64,000 nucleotides of DNA, from IMG/VR virus record IMGVR_UViG_3300005689_000056, positions 35,462 through 99,461 of that record; one strand, given 5' to 3'. The notes below the pieces were generated by a model that had not been told where the DNA came from, did not search any database, and saw nothing but the letters and a program-made list of their open reading frames with translations. Shown here piece by piece: positions 19,455 through 28,917 of the stretch (position 1 is the first letter of the stretch; each line of letters starts with the position of its first letter). The DNA comes from a virus. Both the position numbers and the translations under genes were made by a program.

Positions 19455-22336
19455 CTGCCACACACACCCGCCGCGTAGGGAGACGACGGACCCCGGGTGC
19501 CGCGCCGGGGGTTAGCGAGCAGGCTCGCGCCATGGTTCAAGGGGCGTGGGAGGAGGCTGAACGTTGCGAGAATAAGCTGTTCGGTGAGATGTACGCCACC
19601 GCGTTAGAGCGCAAGGTGTATTACAACGATACGGTGCTATTCGACTTCATGAAGCACCTCACGCACGCTCCGGTAGGCATAGAAGAGTTTCTGTCGGGGT
19701 CGGAGTTTCTGGGGGCTACTGACATATCGTTGTGGCCCGAAGTACGCGCAGCCATCGTTGATATTAACAAGTACTGGTGGAAAGGTCAGGTAGGAGGGGC
19801 CAAGCATGAGGCTCTTCTGATGGGCTCGTGTGTAGACGCGCTAACCGAGTTTTTAACCCCGAACGGCTGGAAGTATATTTCCGATTTTGAGGAAGGTGAT
19901 CTTGTCGGTCAATACTCGGTAGACGGTACTCTAGAGTTTGTGACACCGCAGGCGTACATCCGCCGCCGCCACCGAATGTTTTACCACTTCGCACCTCGGG
20001 GCGGTCTGGATATGATGTTAACTCCGGGGCATCGCGTTATCTACCGGAACAGGAACACCGGGGAAATCTGCGAGATGTCCGCAGAGGACGTGGCCGAGAA
20101 CCACAATAGAACTGCTACCGGGTTCACAGGTAAGTTCCTATCTACCTTTACCCCTACGGGGCGGGTAGGGATTGATCTATCCGACGAACAGATCCGTGTG
20201 ATGGTTATGGTTCATGCCGATGGCTCCTTTGATACAAGGGATGACTCCAGTTGGTGTAATGTGATCGTAAAAAAGCCGCGGAAAATTCGCAGGGCTAGGC
20301 GTATCCTTCAGGAGGCGGGTATTGCGTTTACTGAAGTACCGCACAACGGAGACTACCGCCGCATCCGTTTTTACGCGCCGCAACGGAACAAGACATACGA
20401 GGGTTGGTGGGGTTGCACACAGGACCAGCTCCGTATTGTTACCGACGAGGTAATGCACTGGGATGGCTCCGCGAGGCACCAACAGTTCTACACTGCGAAG
20501 AAAGAGGAAGCTGATTTCATCCAGTACGCCTATCTCGCTACAGGGGTACGGGCTACCATGCAGTGGCAAGATCGCGGGGGAAATCGGTCTGTCGAGTATA
20601 GGGTGAAGCGTTGTCGTTCCGCTGAATACACCATGTCCGCTTCGCCTAAAGGGCCTGAAGCACAGCTTGTTGAAGCCAGTGATGGGTATTGCTACTGCTT
20701 CACACTGCCTACGGGTATGTGGTTGGCGAGGCGCAACGGTAGTGTATACGTCACCGGGAACACAGGTAGCGGAAAAACGGAAATATCGAAGATTACCCAG
20801 CTATACCACCTTTACCTGTTGTCCTGCTTGGACAACCCGCAAGGCTACTACGGCCTGCCGAAAGCGACCTCTATTGTGTTCGCTATCATGGCCGCTAAGC
20901 CGCACGTGACGAAGAAGGTTATCTACGACCCTCTGCGCCACATGATTGAGCACATCCCGTATTTTCAGAAGCACCTACGACCGAGCAAGCTGGTTGAGTC
21001 CGAGATGATCTTTGAGGAGAAGAACATCCGTGTAGTGCCTGCGGGTGTGGACGCCGACTCGATCCTAGGTGAAGCAGTACTTTCGGGGATCATTGACGAA
21101 ATCAACTTCATGAACGTTGTGCTACGTTCTAAGAAGGCAGAGGTAACCACAGGCCGCGCTGGGGTCTACGATCAGGCCCAGACAATACACAGTGCAATGA
21201 CCCGCCGTATCAAGGGTCGTTTCACCAAGCCCGGACCCAAGATAGGGATACTCTGTACGTCATCGTCAACCCGCTATAAAGGGGACTTTACCGACAAGCG
21301 TAAGGCTCAGGCTCTGCAGCACGACGAGCAAGGTATCTACATCTACGATAGGCCGCAATACGAGGTAAAACCTCAAGAAAATTTCTGTGGGCAAAAGTTT
21401 AGGCTGCTTGTCGGTAACGACATGATCAACGATGTGCGTATCCTGAAGGACGGGGACGCCGTACCGCCAGAGGCTCGCGTTCTAGACATCCCCATCGAGT
21501 ATGAGACGGAGTTCCAGAGAGACCCGCATTCCGCCCTACGAGACATCTGCGGTATATCCACCTCGGCTATTTCCCCCTTCATTACCCGTCGTTTCAAGAT
21601 CTACGAGGCTGTGTCTGCCGGGGAGGAGGAAGGTATCCAGTCGTTCCTCAACAAGGACAACGTTATTCTAGGTGTGGATGGGATGCCGGTCGTGAAGTAC
21701 AGCCATTACTGTACCGACCCCTCACGTCCGCGCTATGTGCACGTTGACTTGTCGAAGACCGGGGACAGTTGTGGTATCGCCATGCTGAGATACGATGGCC
21801 TCACCTCCGTTACACGCAGTAATGGGGCTATCGAGAAGCTACCTATCGCTACCATTGAGATGGCGTGCTCAATACAGCCTGACTCCAATAATGAAATAGA
21901 TTTTGCGGAGGTTCGTACATGGATACGGCAGCTACGTGATGTATACGGGTACCCGATCAGGGCGGTAACATACGACGGTATCTTTAGTATCGAGTCCGTA
22001 CAGCAGTGGCGCAAGATAGGTATGCGCACTGGTAATATTTCGGTAGACAGAACGTCCGCACCGTACAAAAACCTGCGTGACGCCTATAACGATAACCGCA
22101 TACGGCAGTACCATCAGGAGGTACTGATCCGCGAGCTTTTTGATTTGGAGTACGATGACGATAAGGACAAAGTCGATCACCCGGTGAATGGCAGTAAGGA
22201 TGTGGCGGATGCAGTGGCCGGCGCCTACTACTCGATGCTGACCAAGCGCAGTACTTGGGTGTCCGAGTCAGGTAACGAGGTAATAGGTAATGGCCGTGCG
22301 GAATTTGGTGAACGTTTCGAGGGGAGTAGGCGATGA
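19451..22336 (+). CDS. Terminase large subunit, intein-containing
   Basis: Walker A GS/TGSGKT split by an insertion, IIDEINF Walker B, HVDLS..DSCG and KDVADA nuclease motifs. Confidence 0.92.
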   Translation: MTATHTRRVGRRRTPGAAPGVSEQARAMVQGAWEEAERCENKLFGEMYATALERKVYYNDTVLFDFMKHLTHAPVGIEEFLSGSEFLGATDISLWPEVRAAIVDINKYWWKGQVGGAKHEALLMGSCVDALTEFLTPNGWKYISDFEEGDLVGQYSVDGTLEFVTPQAYIRRRHRMFYHFAPRGGLDMMLTPGHRVIYRNRNTGEICEMSAEDVAENHNRTATGFTGKFLSTFTPTGRVGIDLSDEQIRVMVMVHADGSFDTRDDSSWCNVIVKKPRKIRRARRILQEAGIAFTEVPHNGDYRRIRFYAPQRNKTYEGWWGCTQDQLRIVTDEVMHWDGSARHQQFYTAKKEEADFIQYAYLATGVRATMQWQDRGGNRSVEYRVKRCRSAEYTMSASPKGPEAQLVEASDGYCYCFTLPTGMWLARRNGSVYVTGNTGSGKTEISKITQLYHLYLLSCLDNPQGYYGLPKATSIVFAIMAAKPHVTKKVIYDPLRHMIEHIPYFQKHLRPSKLVESEMIFEEKNIRVVPAGVDADSILGEAVLSGIIDEINFMNVVLRSKKAEVTTGRAGVYDQAQTIHSAMTRRIKGRFTKPGPKIGILCTSSSTRYKGDFTDKRKAQALQHDEQGIYIYDRPQYEVKPQENFCGQKFRLLVGNDMINDVRILKDGDAVPPEARVLDIPIEYETEFQRDPHSALRDICGISTSAISPFITRRFKIYEAVSAGEEEGIQSFLNKDNVILGVDGMPVVKYSHYCTDPSRPRYVHVDLSKTGDSCGIAMLRYDGLTSVTRSNGAIEKLPIATIEMACSIQPDSNNEIDFAEVRTWIRQLRDVYGYPIRAVTYDGIFSIESVQQWRKIGMRTGNISVDRTSAPYKNLRDAYNDNRIRQYHQEVLIRELFDLEYDDDKDKVDHPVNGSKDVADAVAGAYYSMLTKRSTWVSESGNEVIGNGRAEFGERFEGSRR
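19829..20761 (+). mobile_element. Intein (311 aa) with LAGLIDADG-like endonuclease region
   Basis: Begins CVDALTEFLTPNGW, has TPGH block B, HADGS and HWDGS motifs, ends RRNGSVYVTGN before Thr. Confidence 0.9.
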
Positions 22337-22638
22337 TTGAGGATAGCTGGATCGCATTTGGGTGCATATCTTACGCGTTTATTGGCCTGCTTAAGGTAGT
22401 AGTGGTTTTCCACTCAGCCGTGTATGCAGGCTACGTGTATCAGACATTGAGCTACCGACATACCCGCAGTAGCGTTACGCGTCTTGAGCGCAGGCTATAT
22501 ACGGCTATCTGCTTGGCGGTGGTTGCAGTGTTGTGGCCGTTGATGCTTTTGCGGGAGGGTCGTAGGTTTTTCGTAGCTTACGGCAGGCATGAGGTCTATC
22601 GGGCGATTGAGCTTGAGATGGTGAACAGATACCTCTGA
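22333..22638 (+). CDS. Small membrane protein
   Basis: Two hydrophobic segments; overlaps TerL stop. Confidence 0.6.
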   Translation: MIEDSWIAFGCISYAFIGLLKVVVVFHSAVYAGYVYQTLSYRHTRSSVTRLERRLYTAICLAVVAVLWPLMLLREGRRFFVAYGRHEVYRAIELEMVNRYL

Positions 22639-22648
22639 CAGGTGCATC

Positions 22649-22834
22649 GTGTACGTAGTCGAGGTGGTCATGACCAATCGCGTAGTGGAGCGCGCGCTAC
22701 GGACTACGGATTATGACTTGGCACTGGACACATTTGATGCCAAGAAAAAGACAAAGGTTCGTGAGGTGAGATTGGTCAAGGTTGTATATGGTGTGCGGGC
22801 TGTGCTCAAGTACGTACAGAAGCACAGGAAATAG
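22649..22834 (+). CDS. Hypothetical protein
   Basis: Packed ORF ending before a terminator. Confidence 0.5.
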   Translation: MYVVEVVMTNRVVERALRTTDYDLALDTFDAKKKTKVREVRLVKVVYGVRAVLKYVQKHRK

Positions 22835-22837
22835 ACT

Positions 22838-22857
22838 AGCCCCGCAAGGGGCTTTTT
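22838..22857 (+). terminator. Intrinsic terminator
   Basis: AGCCCC-GCAA-GGGGCT-TTTT. Confidence 0.8.
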
Positions 22858-22872
22858 GTTGAGAGGTGTGAG

Positions 22873-23067
22873 ATGGAATACGACCAGTGGGGTGTGTTTG
22901 TTCCGGGTATTGGAAGGATCGGGGCGGTATGTGGTAGTCTGACCAGCGACGAGAGTACGGCTAGGCTGGTAGCGCTCAGTAAGTATTCTGAGGAGGGTAA
23001 TCGCCCGGCAGGTAGCATGAAGAAGGTCATATACGAAGACGACGATTTTTCCGTGTCGCCGGAGTAA
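22873..23067 (+). CDS. Hypothetical protein
   Basis: GAGGTG RBS. Confidence 0.55.
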   Translation: MEYDQWGVFVPGIGRIGAVCGSLTSDESTARLVALSKYSEEGNRPAGSMKKVIYEDDDFSVSPE

Positions 23068-23121
23068 GGTATTTCAGTAGTCGGTGTATCCGCATAGTTT
23101 TGCAATCGATTGCACATTACC

Positions 23122-23322
23122 ATGACTACACACAAATACGAGCAAGACGAAGATACCGTGGATGTATACGTGATTACGGTCTACCACTCCGACGATGGCG
23201 AGGTTAACTTTGTTGTCGAGGGTGTAGCTGACGACGAGGATTCACTAGCTTGCGTTGCTGATGTGTTGCATGATGTGGCCGACTCACTTATCAGCGGCGC
23301 GGTAGATTCCACGAAACATTGA
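23122..23322 (+). CDS. Small acidic hypothetical protein
   Basis: Protein-like composition; weak RBS. Confidence 0.5.
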   Translation: MTTHKYEQDEDTVDVYVITVYHSDDGEVNFVVEGVADDEDSLACVADVLHDVADSLISGAVDSTKH

Positions 23323-23372
23323 AAAAAGGGTACTGGCACACGGTGCCCCCTATCTAGGGGTGAGGTAAGTTA

Positions 23373-23963
23373 ATGCGGACTATGAAGAGTGTTATCCCCG
23401 GGTCCACGACAGACAAGGTTTTGCGTCTGTTACAGAGCAGAGGCCCGATGCGTGAGCCTGACATCCGCAAGGCGCTAGGGCTGGGTAGGCGTATGTGCGC
23501 TTTCCTGATATGGATGCGCGACCGTGAACTGCTTGATTGCGAGACTGTGCTACCGAAAGGACACACTAGGCCCACACGTATGTGGTCAGCGCGAACCAAC
23601 TACTCCACTGCCTACGCTCTCGATCAGCGCCTGAGTCAGGTACTTTACCTAGTAGACGCGATAGGTATGGTCACCGTCAATGATGTGGTTTCTTACCTAG
23701 GGGTCACTAAGTTTTGTGCGATCAAGTACATCGCCTTACTGGCTGCGTCAGGTCTCGTAAAGCAGTCGCGCGGGTGGGAGAACGGACGGCTCGTGAAATT
23801 CTCTCAACGTCTTGATACCCAGTATGCTGCACCTAGCCGTAATCAAGAGCCGTCTACGGGTGAGGTCAAGACCCGACCGCCAGCCCCAGTGAGTCACGGT
23901 GCGTTACTCGATTTTGTAGTCAGTCAACTAGGCCACCTACCAGAGCCCTTGTGTGGGGACTAA
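23373..23963 (+). CDS. Tandem winged-helix DNA-binding protein (putative)
   Basis: GAGGT RBS; two wHTH-like segments (LQSRGPMREPDIRKALGL; VTVNDVVSYLGV). Confidence 0.6.
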   Translation: MRTMKSVIPGSTTDKVLRLLQSRGPMREPDIRKALGLGRRMCAFLIWMRDRELLDCETVLPKGHTRPTRMWSARTNYSTAYALDQRLSQVLYLVDAIGMVTVNDVVSYLGVTKFCAIKYIALLAASGLVKQSRGWENGRLVKFSQRLDTQYAAPSRNQEPSTGEVKTRPPAPVSHGALLDFVVSQLGHLPEPLCGD

Positions 23964-24013
23964 AATTCTGTACTGGCACAGTATCGCCCCTACTACTGCC
24001 TGTGTTAGTGTGT

Positions 24014-24042
24014 TTGACAAAGAATCGTAACTGGGTGATAAT
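24014..24042 (+). promoter_or_regulatory. Sigma70-type promoter
   Basis: TTGACA-17 bp-GATAAT; shares TTGACAAAGAA with the 5587 promoter. Confidence 0.75.
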
Positions 24043-24048
24043 CTGCGA

Positions 24049-24600
24049 ACTCTCTGAGTGCCAAGCGCTGTACTGTCTGCAGATCGGTGGCGCTGGACCG
24101 GTAGTGCGGCTCTTCTGGGTTGCTGCAGGTAACGTGGGCGATGTAGATACGCGCACACGCACATCGTAAGTATCCGCTATGTGGATCGGCCACACAGTGC
24201 GATTGCGGGTAAAGTACGGTCATAGAGAAACACGAACGAGGGGGGACTATATGAACGTTGCGGCACGTATGGGCGGACTGGTAATCCGCGTATGCTTGCC
24301 GTTCTCCATGGGGGTAGCAGCCGCGCTTGCCGTTTGCGGGGCCTACGTGAGTACGGCGTACATTGATGTCGGATACAGTACGCCACCGGGCGGTGCGCCC
24401 GCCAGAATCTCACGGATTGCGACAACCCCCAGTGTGCCGAGAAAAGTGCCGAAGGCACCGCATCTGGAGTACGGCTAGATGGTGGGGCTCTGCTACCGAC
24501 AAAGCCCCCTAAATAGCAGATAGAGACCTGAAGGAAGGGGCCGTGTGGTTTGCGACCCCACCAAAGAGACCAGCGAATAACGCACGCTGTACGTTATTCG
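24049..24600 (+). ncRNA. Candidate ~550-nt structured RNA
   Basis: Follows a promoter, has many nested inverted repeats and only a weak ORF. Confidence 0.4.
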
Positions 24601-24634
24601 GTGTTTTCTAGGTGTAATAGTGAGAGGAGGTAGC

Positions 24635-24919
24635 ATGGGTTACTACATCCAAGGGCCATTGTCTGGAAAGGGAGCGCACCTTGTGCGCGAGTACGGTGCC
24701 ACGGCTTGCAGCGAGAAGGATGCACGGGCTGCGCTCGATTCCGAGGACATGGTGCCGGTGTGCGTCGTAGACAACGGTATGTTCGACGCGGCGGCACTGG
24801 CCTACGACAAGCAAGAGTTTGATGTGTTTGCCGGTGATACTTCTGGTCGCCCGAAGCGGTGGTATATCATGTCTCGGGCGCGGGCTTACGAACTTTCTGG
24901 GTACAAGGTGAAGAAATGA
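24635..24919 (+). CDS. Hypothetical protein
   Basis: AGGAGG RBS; stop overlaps next start. Confidence 0.75.
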   Translation: MGYYIQGPLSGKGAHLVREYGATACSEKDARAALDSEDMVPVCVVDNGMFDAAALAYDKQEFDVFAGDTSGRPKRWYIMSRARAYELSGYKVKK

Positions 24920-25428
24920 AGATCATCGAAGGGCTGAAGAAGCTCAAAGAACTGAAGATCAAGGCCGACGATCTCGCGGTGCGTATCCGCAATCATTGCG
25001 CGGACCTGTCGCACGAAACACCGCGCTACACAGATCAGGCGGCACAGGTGCAATCATGGATCGACGCACGGCGAGATATCGTGAAAGAGATCCTGCGCCT
25101 GCGTATCGCCATCCAGCGCACGAACCTTCTGGTACGCGTGGTTGTCGAGACAGAGGACGGCGTATCGGTGGAGAAGACCATCGCCGAGTGGATTCACCGC
25201 CGCAAGGACTTGGCTGCGATGGAGATGGAGTCGTACGCCGTGCTTACCGACCGGGGGCTGAAAGAGGGCCACCTGCCGCAGTCGAGCGGCGTACCGCTGG
25301 AAGTGAAGATCCGCCGGTATTTCTCGCAGCAGCACCGTGATGAGCGGTATTCTGCTCTGAAGGCCGAACCACTCCGCATCGACTCAGCACTGGAGGTTGC
25401 TAACGCAATCAATGATCTGGTAGAGTAG
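24916..25428 (+). CDS. Coiled-coil protein resembling the DIP1984-like family
   Basis: MKIIEGLK..IQRTN..TIAEW..RR..IDSALEVAN pattern; family recalled from memory, not searched. Confidence 0.6.
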   Translation: MKIIEGLKKLKELKIKADDLAVRIRNHCADLSHETPRYTDQAAQVQSWIDARRDIVKEILRLRIAIQRTNLLVRVVVETEDGVSVEKTIAEWIHRRKDLAAMEMESYAVLTDRGLKEGHLPQSSGVPLEVKIRRYFSQQHRDERYSALKAEPLRIDSALEVANAINDLVE

Positions 25429-25440
25429 TAACCGCTTAAC

Positions 25441-25718
25441 GTTGCAGCGGACGTGCGGAGACAAAATCGTTAATCAGGCCTAAGCTAAGCCGGGTAAGTG
25501 CTAAGCATCTGACTCCTAATCAGACCAAGGCAAGTCCCTCAATGGGCAACCTCAAGTGTCATGGTTTAAGGCTAAAGGTAGTAAGGTTTAGTCAGATTAA
25601 GGCGGTAAGTGTTATGTGCGTAAGGATGACGCCTGTAGGTTAGGCAAAATCCCTGTACGAAGTTAGGCGCCCTGAGCCTTACGAATCTTCGAGGGCTTCC
25701 CGTATGGGTTGCTGCAAC
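25441..25718 (+). ncRNA. Candidate ~280-nt structured RNA with YAAG repeats
   Basis: GTTGCAGC/GCTGCAAC ends pair; 9 TAAG and 3 CAAG; anticodon-like hairpin at 25508-25524; no + strand ORF. Confidence 0.6.
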
Positions 25719-25951
25719 CACCAACACCGCAGGGGGCGCAATACCCCCTGCACTTTCACAGTCTATCGGCCAGCTTCGTGCCTGCGCACGGCGCCCGTCC
25801 GGCTCCTCCCTCCCCTCACCGGACGAGCGCTGCCTGATACCCCCCGGCACGAAGCTGCCCCATAGACTGTCAACCGCATACAGGCGGCACAGCGTATAAT
25901 CGCAATCGATTTCAACTCTCCAAAAAGGGGGAATATCTGTGAGATATAGCA

Positions 25952-26068
25952 ATGCGCTTCTTACTAGACATCATTACCGTGATATGCGGCCTGATCGTAC
26001 TGATTGCACTCGCTTCGGCGTCCCCGGTGTCATCATTTCTCGGTTGGATGGTTAGCTTGCTGAAATGA
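25952..26068 (+). CDS. 38-aa hydrophobic peptide
   Basis: MRFLLDIITVICGLIVLIALASAS..; stop overlaps ATG 26065. Confidence 0.45.
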   Translation: MRFLLDIITVICGLIVLIALASASPVSSFLGWMVSLLK

Positions 26069-26403
26069 TTTTCGATAAGGAACAATGGCCGCTATCTGTG
26101 TCGTATGGCGGGCCTGATCTGTACGCGGGGGTAGTAAGCCCTTTTGTGTCGGTATGTAATGGTGACACCGGTAAGGTTCTCTACCGTGTGCGGGTGGTAC
26201 CGCCTACGGCGTTCTTTCCTTTTGCTGCGCAGCTTGTAGGCCTGACCGCCTTGGCTGCGGAGGGCGGTAAAGTTAAGTTCTTTCTTGAGGACTGGGGGGA
26301 CGTGTGGTCTTTCGGATTCTCTGCCCGAGGGGACATGTACGACCTATGGCCTTATAAAGAGCTACCGGTGTGGGCCGAGAAACGATTCAAGGTGACGAAA
26401 TGA
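26065..26403 (+). CDS. Hypothetical protein
   Basis: ATGA coupling on both sides. Confidence 0.6.
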   Translation: MIFDKEQWPLSVSYGGPDLYAGVVSPFVSVCNGDTGKVLYRVRVVPPTAFFPFAAQLVGLTALAAEGGKVKFFLEDWGDVWSFGFSARGDMYDLWPYKELPVWAEKRFKVTK

Positions 26404-26732
26404 GACCTGAGCCTGCGAAGTTTACGAAAGACAACCCGTGCACGAAAAAACACATATGGAACTGCTTCGCCGGGCCGCAGGGGTTGCGACCAGTAAGTGT
26501 AGTAGCCGCACAGGCACAGATAGGCGTGTATGTACCACGGGTGATGGAGCGAAATGCTCGCCTAGTATGTAAGACTGTCAAAGGTACTGACTACTACGAG
26601 CTTACGCCGGAGGGTGAAGAGTGGCTTACGGCAGGTATCCGTAGCTACCTGAAGAACCACCCCTCGGAGGCCGGGGAGGTGACGTACCCGCCAGATACCT
26701 TACCTGCTAGAGTAAGACGAGTACGCCGCTGA
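26400..26732 (+). CDS. Winged-helix-like protein with C-terminal RVRRVRR
   Basis: YYELTPEGEEWL wing motif. Confidence 0.6.
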   Translation: MRPEPAKFTKDNPCTKKHIWNCFAGPQGLRPVSVVAAQAQIGVYVPRVMERNARLVCKTVKGTDYYELTPEGEEWLTAGIRSYLKNHPSEAGEVTYPPDTLPARVRRVRR

Positions 26733-26794
26733 GGGATCTACCCTCGCTGGGGGTAGTATCATGGTAACCCATACAACGCATATAGGCTCCAGAC

Positions 26795-27076
26795 ATGTAC
26801 CCGAACCTGAGACCAACCGACCTTGTAGCCAAGCTGGCACGGGTCAACCAGAACAGCACTTTGCGAGTTCTGTCCAACACATATTCACCTGACTTCCCTG
26901 TGGATGCGCGCACGCGAACTGCGGTACGCGAGGCGTTGGGGGAGGTAGCTGCTTTTCTGGATATGTCACCAAAAGAGATCTGTGAATTCGGTCCAGATGC
27001 TGCTACGCGGGCAACGCCTGAACAAGTAGTAGCATGCCATACCGCGTATGTTGATCTTATTGACTCTCGCGGATAA
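26795..27076 (+). CDS. Hypothetical protein
   Basis: Packed + strand ORF. Confidence 0.5.
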   Translation: MYPNLRPTDLVAKLARVNQNSTLRVLSNTYSPDFPVDARTRTAVREALGEVAAFLDMSPKEICEFGPDAATRATPEQVVACHTAYVDLIDSRG

Positions 27077-27101
27077 CACCCACTCTGTAAAGGGAGCACA
27101 T

Positions 27102-27356
27102 ATGTACGATATCTACTTCGATGCACGTCATGCCGTGTGGCGTATCCGTATTGTCACTTTAACAGCGTTACTGTTCACCAGCAGCGAGGTTGTCTGTGAT
27201 CCGGAGGCCGCCGATGGTTCTCTGGGCCAACCCATGGGTTTTGAGTCCTTCACTGCCGCCGAGGCGTACGTGGAGCGGGTAGGCATTAATCGCGCATACA
27301 CCCGCCGTTTTCCGCGCGAGCACGTCACGCTGTCGGAGGCCGTACGTGCAGCGTAG
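27102..27356 (+). CDS. Hypothetical protein
   Basis: AGGGAG RBS. Confidence 0.65.
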   Translation: MYDIYFDARHAVWRIRIVTLTALLFTSSEVVCDPEAADGSLGQPMGFESFTAAEAYVERVGINRAYTRRFPREHVTLSEAVRAA

Positions 27357-27600
27357 GATAACAAGGCAGCGCCGACAGCCGCCCGATGTGGCACTTACGG
27401 TCACTGTATCGTTCGTGAGTGTATCAGGGCCGGCATTGGACGAGGCCGCGCTAGCTGAGTGGTTGCGTGCGGCCATCCTGCAACACCACCGCACACGGGC
27501 CGGGTGGGCTGACTCATTACCCGGGTCGCACGATGCTCGGTGCGGTATTGCTGTTCCGGAGGTTTCAATTGTCAGTTCGAAGAAGGATCGTGTTTCGTAG
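27346..27600 (+). CDS. Hypothetical protein
   Basis: GGAGG RBS before GTG. Confidence 0.5.
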   Translation: MQRRITRQRRQPPDVALTVTVSFVSVSGPALDEAALAEWLRAAILQHHRTRAGWADSLPGSHDARCGIAVPEVSIVSSKKDRVS

Positions 27601-27774
27601 AATCCGGCCTGTAGGCTATGTAGCGTCTCTCGACCTGCATAGTCTTGTCCGTGCCCGTATTGCTCGTGCCATCGAGCGAGAGCGTGGTAAAGGTAGGATA
27701 AAAGTACGGTTACCGCGCAGATAAATGCGGTACTGGCACACATTCACACCAACCTTTGTGTAACTGGAGCGCAC

Positions 27775-27993
27775 ATGCTTTCAGCCATCGTAGTAACTGT
27801 ATCATCACCCGCAGGCTCCGGTACTGAGGCCTATATTGTGACACACACGCCCGACTGCGACCCCGACGCTATAGGTCGTGATCTGTGCTCTAGCTGGGAG
27901 GACGACGTGTCAACCGCGAGCTACGAGATCGTTGATCTTGAGCATCTGGTTTCTATTCAGTACGGCGGGCAAGCCGTGCTCACTACGGGGTAG
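27775..27993 (+). CDS. Hypothetical protein
   Basis: GGAG RBS. Confidence 0.6.
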   Translation: MLSAIVVTVSSPAGSGTEAYIVTHTPDCDPDAIGRDLCSSWEDDVSTASYEIVDLEHLVSIQYGGQAVLTTG

Positions 27994-28039
27994 TACAGAA
28001 CAGGTAATATACATACACCACAAACAGGAGGTATCACAA

Positions 28040-28276
28040 ATGGCAACGAAGAAAGCTGCATGGACCCCGGCGTCTGGCAGGGTCGGTCGCAACGCGTCGT
28101 ATTCCGTGGATGACAAGGGCGTCATGACGATCACGGTCGATTTGAACATTCGCCTCGGGCCGTCTGCCAGCGGCAAGACGATGATCATCGCCACCACTGA
28201 AGGCAACAAGTCTATCGAGGGCGGCGCGGGAGCCGTGATCGGTATGAATATCTACACCAAGGAGGGTGTCAAGTGA
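28040..28276 (+). CDS. Small hypothetical protein
   Basis: AGGAGG RBS; GPSASGKTMIIATTEGN motif. Confidence 0.75.
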   Translation: MATKKAAWTPASGRVGRNASYSVDDKGVMTITVDLNIRLGPSASGKTMIIATTEGNKSIEGGAGAVIGMNIYTKEGVK

Positions 28277-28545
28277 AACGCAAAGACATGAAGAAACTCT
28301 ACGACCGTGCGATGGACGTATCGAACAATCTGATCCTCGGCGACGACGCCCACGCGGGCCGCACCGTACGTGATCTGGCCGACGCCTTCCGTGCGTACCA
28401 CTCTGCGCACCGCAAGGCCGGCAAGGTAGTGAAAGCGTACAGTAAGAAGGCTGACGAGCATTACGTCCAGTATCTGGGGAGAACCTGCCGACCTGACGTA
28501 CCGGAGAAGCCCAGCAAAAAGAAGAAAAAGCAGAAAAAGCAGTAG
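28273..28545 (+). CDS. Basic hypothetical protein
   Basis: GGAGGG RBS; GTGA coupling. Confidence 0.65.
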   Translation: MKRKDMKKLYDRAMDVSNNLILGDDAHAGRTVRDLADAFRAYHSAHRKAGKVVKAYSKKADEHYVQYLGRTCRPDVPEKPSKKKKKQKKQ

Positions 28546-28599
28546 TGGGTACTGCAGCCAGCCTTCGGGGCTGGCTAGAGTATCTACGCTGGAGGATGT

Positions 28600-28887
28600 A
28601 TGGACCGCATTGTAAGTTTCAGTCAGGCAAAAAAACTCTATGTGAATCGCTACACCATGGAGCATGTACCTGCGTGGGCGAAAGCCCCAGTGAATCACCC
28701 GGAGCGCGGTACCGTGTATTACGCCCCGCAGTACCGGACTGATAAGGAGTGGTACGAGAACTCGGTGTTCCCGGGCGAGGCTATCGACGGACTGGTAGTA
28801 CAGAAGAACGAAACACACTGTATGACCCGTAACGCTACTTGGCCGCTCGGTAAGTGGTTGGATAAGCCGTACGTGATTCCTCTATAA
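28600..28887 (+). CDS. Hypothetical protein
   Basis: GGAGG RBS. Confidence 0.7.
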   Translation: MDRIVSFSQAKKLYVNRYTMEHVPAWAKAPVNHPERGTVYYAPQYRTDKEWYENSVFPGEAIDGLVVQKNETHCMTRNATWPLGKWLDKPYVIPL

Positions 28888-28917
28888 TTGCAATCAATCT
28901 CAAAAAGGGGAAACAAG

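Noticed and set aside
24481-24562. Hammerhead or pistol ribozyme
   Set aside because: Stems are present but the conserved catalytic cores could not be matched by eye
25481-25560. Complete tRNA-Arg(CCT) gene
   Set aside because: The anticodon arm is present but there is no TTCRA T-loop, acceptor stem or CCA
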